DNA from: a bacterium
Lineage (GTDB): Bacteria > Hinthialibacterota > Hinthialibacteria > Hinthialibacterales > Hinthialibacteraceae
Length of the DNA: 64,000 nucleotides
Assembly (NCBI GenBank): GCA_963662285.2
Contig: CAXXMV010000001.1
Span: forward strand, 544,001-608,000
Direction: 5' to 3'
Below are positions 58,657 through 64,000 of this stretch, one piece after another. Under the pieces are notes generated by a model. The model was not told the DNA's origin and searched no databases. It saw only the letters and a program-made list of their open reading frames with translations. The position numbers and the translations under genes were made by a program. Within the stretch, counting starts at the first letter, position 1. The number at the start of each line of letters is the position of its first letter.

Positions 58657-58855
58657 GTAGAAACATAAAACAAGGGGCCGCTCGAAGTACCATGCCCCTA
58701 TTCGGGTCTAAGAGATATTCGATCTCTTGACCAAGGTTCAAGCCTCGGAGCGCAATGTTTCGGGGAAGAGAAAGGATGGCGTGAATGATAGAAGATACGC
58801 CGCCTACAAAGTAAGAAGGGGTCATCAACTATGCACGATGGCCCCTTCGCTTTTT
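58657..58855 (+). ncRNA. Putative ~200-nt structured ncRNA, tandem copy 1
   Basis: Five hairpins ending in a terminator + U tract; upstream TTGTTT-16-TATAAT (58623-58650). Confidence 0.65.
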
Positions 58856-59034
58856 AAATAGTAATTTTTTTATTCAAAAAACCACCCTAATTCACCTATC
58901 TCTTTATCAATCAATATAATGCAGGCATATCGCAGGTATGAGATTATTTTCCTCCAGACATTTGTACTATTTATTTCCCCATATTTCCAAAAAAACCCTA
59001 TTGCATTTACCATACAGGCTGGTAAAATATATAT

Positions 59035-59230
59035 GTAGAAACAAAAACGGGGCCACTCGCAGTACAATGCCCCTATTCGGGTCTAAGAGATATTTAATCT
59101 CTAGACCATGGTTTAAGCCCCGAAGCGCAATGTTTCGGGGAAGAGAAAGGATGGCGTGAATGATAGAAGATACGCCACCAAAAATGTAAGAAGGGGTCAT
59201 CAACTATGCACGATGACCCCTTCGCATTTT
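59035..59230 (+). ncRNA. Putative ~200-nt structured ncRNA, tandem copy 2
   Basis: Homologous to copy 1 with structure-preserving substitutions; upstream TTGCAT-16-(TGn)TAAAAT (59001-59028). Confidence 0.65.
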
Positions 59231-59269
59231 AAACAACCATTGTTCTCCTATATTCCCATATCACCTGCT

Positions 59270-60784
59270 TTACCAAATCGAAGCCATATCCCATATATCA
59301 ACTGACTTGCACATGGCTGATCCACCATTAGCGGTTAGATATATCACGCTGGATTGATTCAATGCGGGAATTACAGTCGTACAACAGGCGCGATCATTAA
59401 CATATAACTCAACAACCGCTTTATCGATGAATAATTGAAATTTCACCTGCGTCTCGCCATCAAGCAACTCAAACGGACCCTGGTTTTTCTCTATGCCGAC
59501 TGTTTTATTCTTCAGGTCGAACAAAATGGGAACGCTTGCCGCTTTCTCATCAATGGTTTTTATTACCAATCCAAAAGAATCGGCTGAACCAGGTTCAAAG
59601 ACAGCCGTAATCTCTTTAGCGCATTGCTCGATTGATTCAATATATATAGGCGTAGAAGCAATTTTCCTGGCGCTGATTATGCGGTGATTCCTATGCAGTT
59701 CTTTCAATTCCGGCGCCGGTTTCATGCCCAGGCTGCCGTCCTTGAGCATGGTCATGATACGCGGCAGAGTCATGGCGCCATTCCAGCCCTTGCCTTTGAT
59801 ATCGCGAATCCAGCCCCACATAATGCGCCGCCCCTGAGCATCTTCCAGGCAATTGGGCGCATAAAAATTGTTGGAATAATCCAGCAAAGCGCGATTCCCG
59901 GAAGTGAAAGTAAAATCTTCATTGAACGATCCGGTATGATACATCACCCGGCTGTGCGGTGAATAAATTAGAGTGTACTTGTCGCCCAACTTGAAGAAAT
60001 TAGGGCATTCCCAATTTTTCTCATTATGCTCCGCTTTGGATTGATAGAGGATATTGAGATATTCCCAATCAACCAGGTTCTTGGATCGGTAAACAAAAGC
60101 GGCGCCCCGTCCATCTTTGGGGTGTCCGCCTAGAACCACGAACCAGTCTTTACCTTTCTTAAACACAAATGGATCGCGCCAGTCCAATACCTTCATATCA
60201 CCATGCAGTTTCTCTGTCATAACCGGATTAGCGGGATGCTTATCCCAGGTTAACATGTCATCATGGCTGATAGCCGCCCACTGCACCGCCCCGTCACCCG
60301 CAGGAGTTTTTGGACCAATACTGGTATAGAGCATGGTCGGTACTCCTTTATCATCAATTACGCAGCAACCCGAGAAGCAATGATCCTCGCCTTTATCTTT
60401 CGAAGGCGCCAACGCTATCGGCAGATGCCTCCAATGCGCCAGGTCCTTGCTCACCATATGCCCCCAATGCATGTGTCCCCAATTCTCGCCATAAGGATTA
60501 TGCTGATAGAACATGTGATATTCGCCCTTGTAATAAATCGGGCCATTAGGATCATTGTTCCATAAAGCTGGAGGCTGCAAATGATAAACCAGCCGCGTCG
60601 CATCTCCTTCGACGGCCTTCTTCGCCAGGGCTACAGCGGCGTTAGCTTTGGCTATCTCTCTTTGGTGAATTTCATTATGCGCTTTGATTTCAGATTGATC
60701 ATCAGAAGCGGACGAAATTACGCTAAAACCAAATATAAACAGAAAAACGGATAAACCCAATCTTAAAAATCGCTGCATTTCCAT
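59270..60784 (-). CDS. Glycoside hydrolase family 32 (beta-fructofuranosidase-like), exported
   Basis: WNNDPNG, FYQHNP, WGH, FSGC, RDP, WECP motifs. Confidence 0.92.
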   Translation of the reverse strand: MEMQRFLRLGLSVFLFIFGFSVISSASDDQSEIKAHNEIHQREIAKANAAVALAKKAVEGDATRLVYHLQPPALWNNDPNGPIYYKGEYHMFYQHNPYGENWGHMHWGHMVSKDLAHWRHLPIALAPSKDKGEDHCFSGCCVIDDKGVPTMLYTSIGPKTPAGDGAVQWAAISHDDMLTWDKHPANPVMTEKLHGDMKVLDWRDPFVFKKGKDWFVVLGGHPKDGRGAAFVYRSKNLVDWEYLNILYQSKAEHNEKNWECPNFFKLGDKYTLIYSPHSRVMYHTGSFNEDFTFTSGNRALLDYSNNFYAPNCLEDAQGRRIMWGWIRDIKGKGWNGAMTLPRIMTMLKDGSLGMKPAPELKELHRNHRIISARKIASTPIYIESIEQCAKEITAVFEPGSADSFGLVIKTIDEKAASVPILFDLKNKTVGIEKNQGPFELLDGETQVKFQLFIDKAVVELYVNDRACCTTVIPALNQSSVIYLTANGGSAMCKSVDIWDMASIW

Positions 60785-60886
60785 TAATAATCTCCAATTT
60801 CCATAAATAATTCCTCTCTATTACATGTAACAATTTAACATATATCATAATTAATTTCAGCTGCTTTGAAACGAATAAATGCAGAC

Positions 60887-60922
60887 AAAAAAATTGCGCC
60901 TGGCTTCTGGCGACCAGGCGCA
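60887..60922 (-). terminator. Intrinsic terminator upstream of the GH32 gene
   Basis: Minus strand TGCGCCTGG-loop-CCAGGCGCA followed by ATTTTTTT. Confidence 0.6.
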
Positions 60923-61346
60923 TTCAGGGGGAATTGGATGAAGATGTAAGAAAAAATGGCTCAATAGCCATAGTCTTACCGATATTGGTTTAGTTGATTT
61001 TCTACAATTAAACACCTTCTCTACGTAAAACAAATTATCCAGTATTTAGTTAAATCAACATATTAGAATGATAATGTGTTTCTATTTGTTGTATATCAGG
61101 GATTTTCTAATTCTTTGTAGGGCTTTCCCTGAAAAACAACAATTAGAGCGATTTGTATCGCATCATGAGGATAAATCGAACAACAAAACATCCACCATCA
61201 CAACATAAGATACATTGACTTTTTCAGCGCCTTATGGGATAAATACATATACTTTTGTAATAATCGGTCTGTTGAGATGCCTATTACAAGCGCTCTCAAT
61301 ACGCATACTGTTTTGTTAGAACAATATAACAATAAAGGACAATATA

Positions 61347-62168
61347 ATGATGAAGAAGAATCTACAGAAAAAACTTACCGTAATATTAACGCTTGCATTA
61401 TGCTTTATGTCCGTATCCATTTTCTCAGCGGGCTATGCTTTTGGTGATGCCGCAGAAGCCTTAATCGATCAATCGTCTGCTTCATCTAAACAAAATGACC
61501 TGCCCAAGCGCGTGATTGTTCCTAAAATAAAGGACAACATCAAGATAGACGGCGTTTTAGACGAAAGCGCATGGCAAAAAGCGGCCACTCTGGCGCCATT
61601 CAGTTTGAACGATGGCAGCGGCCCGGCGCGTGAAGATACCAAGGTTCTTATCGGATACAATGATGAATCCCTATATCTGGCCTGGGTCTGTAAAGACGCC
61701 GATATTTTGGCCACCTACAGCAAAAGAGACGATAAATTGTGGGAAGAGGAAGTAGCCGAATTCTTCGTAACCCCCGATAAATTAACTGAATACTTTGAAC
61801 TTCAATGGAATCCGCTAGGAACCATTTTCGACGCCATCATTCACAATAATTTGAAAGAAAACGGGCTGTCCAAGGGAATCAAAGGCGATTGGGATTGGAC
61901 CGCCAACGGGATGCAAGCGGTAGTCAAAGTTGATGGCACAGTGCAAAACAGCCAGGATACAGACCAACAATGGCTGGTAGAAGTGAAAATCCCCTTCAAA
62001 TCGCTGGAATGTTCAGCGCCAAAATCCGGCGATGTCTGGCGGGCAAATTTCTACCGCTACAGCCGCACAACAGGTAAAGAAGACGCGCTCTACTATAGCT
62101 GGTCGCCTACCAGGCTGCAATCATTCCACGAACCCAGCCGTTTCGGATATCTCCAATTCGGGCAATAA
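61347..62168 (+). CDS. Carbohydrate-binding family 9-like protein, exported
   Basis: IKIDGVLDESAW, LWEEEVAEFF, YFELQWNPLG, EVKIPF, WRANFYR, WSP, FHEPSRFG. Confidence 0.82.
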   Translation: MMKKNLQKKLTVILTLALCFMSVSIFSAGYAFGDAAEALIDQSSASSKQNDLPKRVIVPKIKDNIKIDGVLDESAWQKAATLAPFSLNDGSGPAREDTKVLIGYNDESLYLAWVCKDADILATYSKRDDKLWEEEVAEFFVTPDKLTEYFELQWNPLGTIFDAIIHNNLKENGLSKGIKGDWDWTANGMQAVVKVDGTVQNSQDTDQQWLVEVKIPFKSLECSAPKSGDVWRANFYRYSRTTGKEDALYYSWSPTRLQSFHEPSRFGYLQFGQ

Positions 62169-62203
62169 TTACCAAGGTGTAAACCATATCCCTCTCCCAA
62201 GAT

Positions 62204-63698
62204 TGTACAGACCGGGTAGATGGGTAACACATGTTCGGGGACATGGGTTACAGTTTTTTATCAAAACCGGGATTTATCCCAGGTTATTGTTTGAGTTTTT
62301 TTTTAGGCATCTAGAGATGCTCAGGATAATTGGTTGGCTTAGAGGGAGGAGGTGAATATTTCACCTCCTGCATTATCCCTCGCACCTCGGATCGGCTATC
62401 CCTGGCGGGTTGCACTCCTGCAGCGCCCGCTTCCGTTTCGCCCAACCAATTTCTATTGTGACGCCTTTTTCTGGATTGCCAAGTTATCTTCTTTGATTTC
62501 ATTCAAACGCAGATCGAGCGTCTTGATTTTTTGTCGGCAAAAATATACGTCCATCATCCCATCGGTCATAGCGGGTTTCAAGGCAACCGGGCATCCTACC
62601 AGGGCGCGGCTCACCCGGTAATCTTCACCACGGTACGCCACCCGACCTCCTTGTTGCACCTTCCTGATAATGCTGCCCGGCGCGTACTCGATATCCGGCA
62701 AACTTCCCGGATAAACAAAAGGACTGGACGTATAATGGTTAGCCGGGACATCCATATCCAGGGCTTCGTGAGGACGCTCAAAATTGTATTCATAACGCCA
62801 CTCATCAAACCGCCTTTGGCAATATTCCAAATCCACAAACGATTCCCTTATCAGCAATTCTTGCTTAAAGGTCCGGTGAAATCGCTCGACCTTGCCTTGG
62901 GTTTGCGGATGGTAGGGGCGACCGTGATACACGCGAATACCCAATCGTATCAGCCATATTGTCAATCTGGTGTATTCGCAGGTTTTGCATCCTCCCCACG
63001 GACTTCCGTTATCCATCAACATCGCCCGAGGCATACCATACATCCTGAACACGCTTTCCAGGGAGTCTTGCACGGTTTCCCTTTGCTGATTGGCGCACGA
63101 AAATAATCCGGGAACAAAGCGCGTGCAATCATCCAGAATGCTGAGCGGATAACAGCGTGCTTTGAGCGTGGGAAAATCTCCTTTGAAATCCATTTGCCAC
63201 AATTCGTTGGGCGTATCTTTTTCAAAACGCTTATAGGCTTTGTGCTTGTGACTTTCCTTTTCATCCAGCAATCCCAGTCGGCGTAACACGGCAGTAATAG
63301 TGCTGGCGCTAGGAACATTTTCGTATCCCAATTGAATCAGACGAGAGCGAATTTTGCGTCCTCCCCATCCTTTTTCGCGATTTTCTGTAATGGCTTGCTC
63401 GATAGACTTATCTGTTTGATGAGGGCAAGTATTGGGTTTTTTGGAACGGTCTTGGAGATTTTCGACTCCTCCTTCTTTGTACCGTTTGATCCATTTGTAA
63501 CCCGTCTTACGGCTGATATCAAACCGTTTACATAATTGGCTGATGTTGCTTTCTTCTTGCTGGCTCAACAATACGAATTCTTTTCTCAGAGACATAAGGT
63601 CCACCTCGTTCCAGGGCATATTCTTCGCCTCCTTTCAAGGCTAGAATACACTCAGGGAATGTGTTACCTATGTCCCCGAACACCTGTTACCCATGTCC
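62204..63698 (-). mobile_element. IS481-family element, copy 2 (left IR interrupted)
   Basis: Near-identical to 38792-40298 in reverse orientation; the terminal 12 bp of the left end are replaced by another IS. Confidence 0.9.
62453..63619 (-). CDS. IS481-family transposase
   Basis: Protein identical to 38883..40049. Confidence 0.95.
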   Translation of the reverse strand: MPWNEVDLMSLRKEFVLLSQQEESNISQLCKRFDISRKTGYKWIKRYKEGGVENLQDRSKKPNTCPHQTDKSIEQAITENREKGWGGRKIRSRLIQLGYENVPSASTITAVLRRLGLLDEKESHKHKAYKRFEKDTPNELWQMDFKGDFPTLKARCYPLSILDDCTRFVPGLFSCANQQRETVQDSLESVFRMYGMPRAMLMDNGSPWGGCKTCEYTRLTIWLIRLGIRVYHGRPYHPQTQGKVERFHRTFKQELLIRESFVDLEYCQRRFDEWRYEYNFERPHEALDMDVPANHYTSSPFVYPGSLPDIEYAPGSIIRKVQQGGRVAYRGEDYRVSRALVGCPVALKPAMTDGMMDVYFCRQKIKTLDLRLNEIKEDNLAIQKKASQ

Positions 63699-64000
63699 TG
63701 TATGAACCGGGCACATCCTTTACAGAATAAACCGGGCACATGGTTTACACAAGTCGATACTAAGAACCGACCAGAAGAAAGGAGTCGGTTCGATGACTTG
63801 GAAGGAAAACAGTGCCATGGATGCAAGAATGAAATTTATTGCGGATGTCCTCCGCAAAGAAGACACACTAAGCGCCTTATGCCAAGCATATGGCATTAGT
63901 AGACCAACCGGATATAAATGGATCAAGCGCTATCAGGAAGACGGTCCTGGTGGATTGGAGGAGCGATCCCGGGCGCCCCATACCCAAGCACTAGCCGTTT
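63699..64000 (+). mobile_element. Second, different IS481-family element (partial)
   Basis: Starts TGTATG with repeated AACCGGGCACAT...TTTACA end motifs. Confidence 0.8.
63793..64000 (+). CDS. IS481-family transposase, N-terminal part (runs off window)
   Basis: AGGAG RBS; MTWKENSAMDARMKFIADVLRKEDTLSALCQAYGISRPTGYKWIKRYQEDGPGGLEERSRAP. Confidence 0.88.
   Translation, partial: MTWKENSAMDARMKFIADVLRKEDTLSALCQAYGISRPTGYKWIKRYQEDGPGGLEERSRAPHTQALAV

Noticed and set aside
58556-59203. Paired antisense ORFs MMTPSY...(90 aa and 78 aa) as duplicated small proteins or type I toxins
   Set aside because: Differences are largely non-synonymous, stops differ and there is no clear RBS. Promoters, terminators and G.U pairing all point to the + strand RNA. 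Not fully excluded, since the one indel is 3 nt.
58610-59233. CRISPR array
   Set aside because: Only two long units, no short repeat-spacer periodicity and no cas genes
38792-63698. Composite transposon bounded by the two inverted IS481 copies
   Set aside because: Copy 1 has its own target duplication on both sides and the interval holds housekeeping-type genes, so these are independent insertions

Overview
Bacterial chromosomal window, about 64 kb. It opens with a >1600-codon DUF2298/YYY GT-C membrane glycosyltransferase gene on the minus strand that runs off the left edge and is absent from the ORF track. Next come nth, a CocE/NonD hydrolase and an FAD oxidoreductase. A sigma54-type promoter then precedes a secreted helical protein, a type II secretion-like operon (gspEFGHIJK, L/M/C-like, secretin split over two genes) and a sensor kinase/NtrC-family regulator pair. 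The middle holds ogt, a GH172 protein, a secreted protein, an IS5 inside a decayed Phd antitoxin, a TPR gene, an orphan ParD, glyQS, an IS481 inserted into a REP, a PilZ gene, hisC, a sulfatase, yigZ, esterases and a pilin. An orp-like NifB/NifX + Fe-S ATPase operon follows, extended with trmO, MBL, Nudix, DUF169 and radical SAM genes. The strongest candidate for an undescribed system is at 56.7-59.2 kb: an XRE-HTH/ImmA-IrrE peptidase + PIN-like pair, a perfect 58-bp palindrome over its promoter, and two divergent tandem ~200-nt structured RNAs, each with its own promoter and terminator and with G.U/Watson-Crick-consistent substitutions. A second tandem structured-RNA pair lies upstream of gspE, and IS481 has a structured 3' region. 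The window ends with a second IS481 copy whose left end is interrupted by a different IS481. No rRNA, tRNA or CRISPR array was seen. Family calls come from recognised motifs, not database searches.
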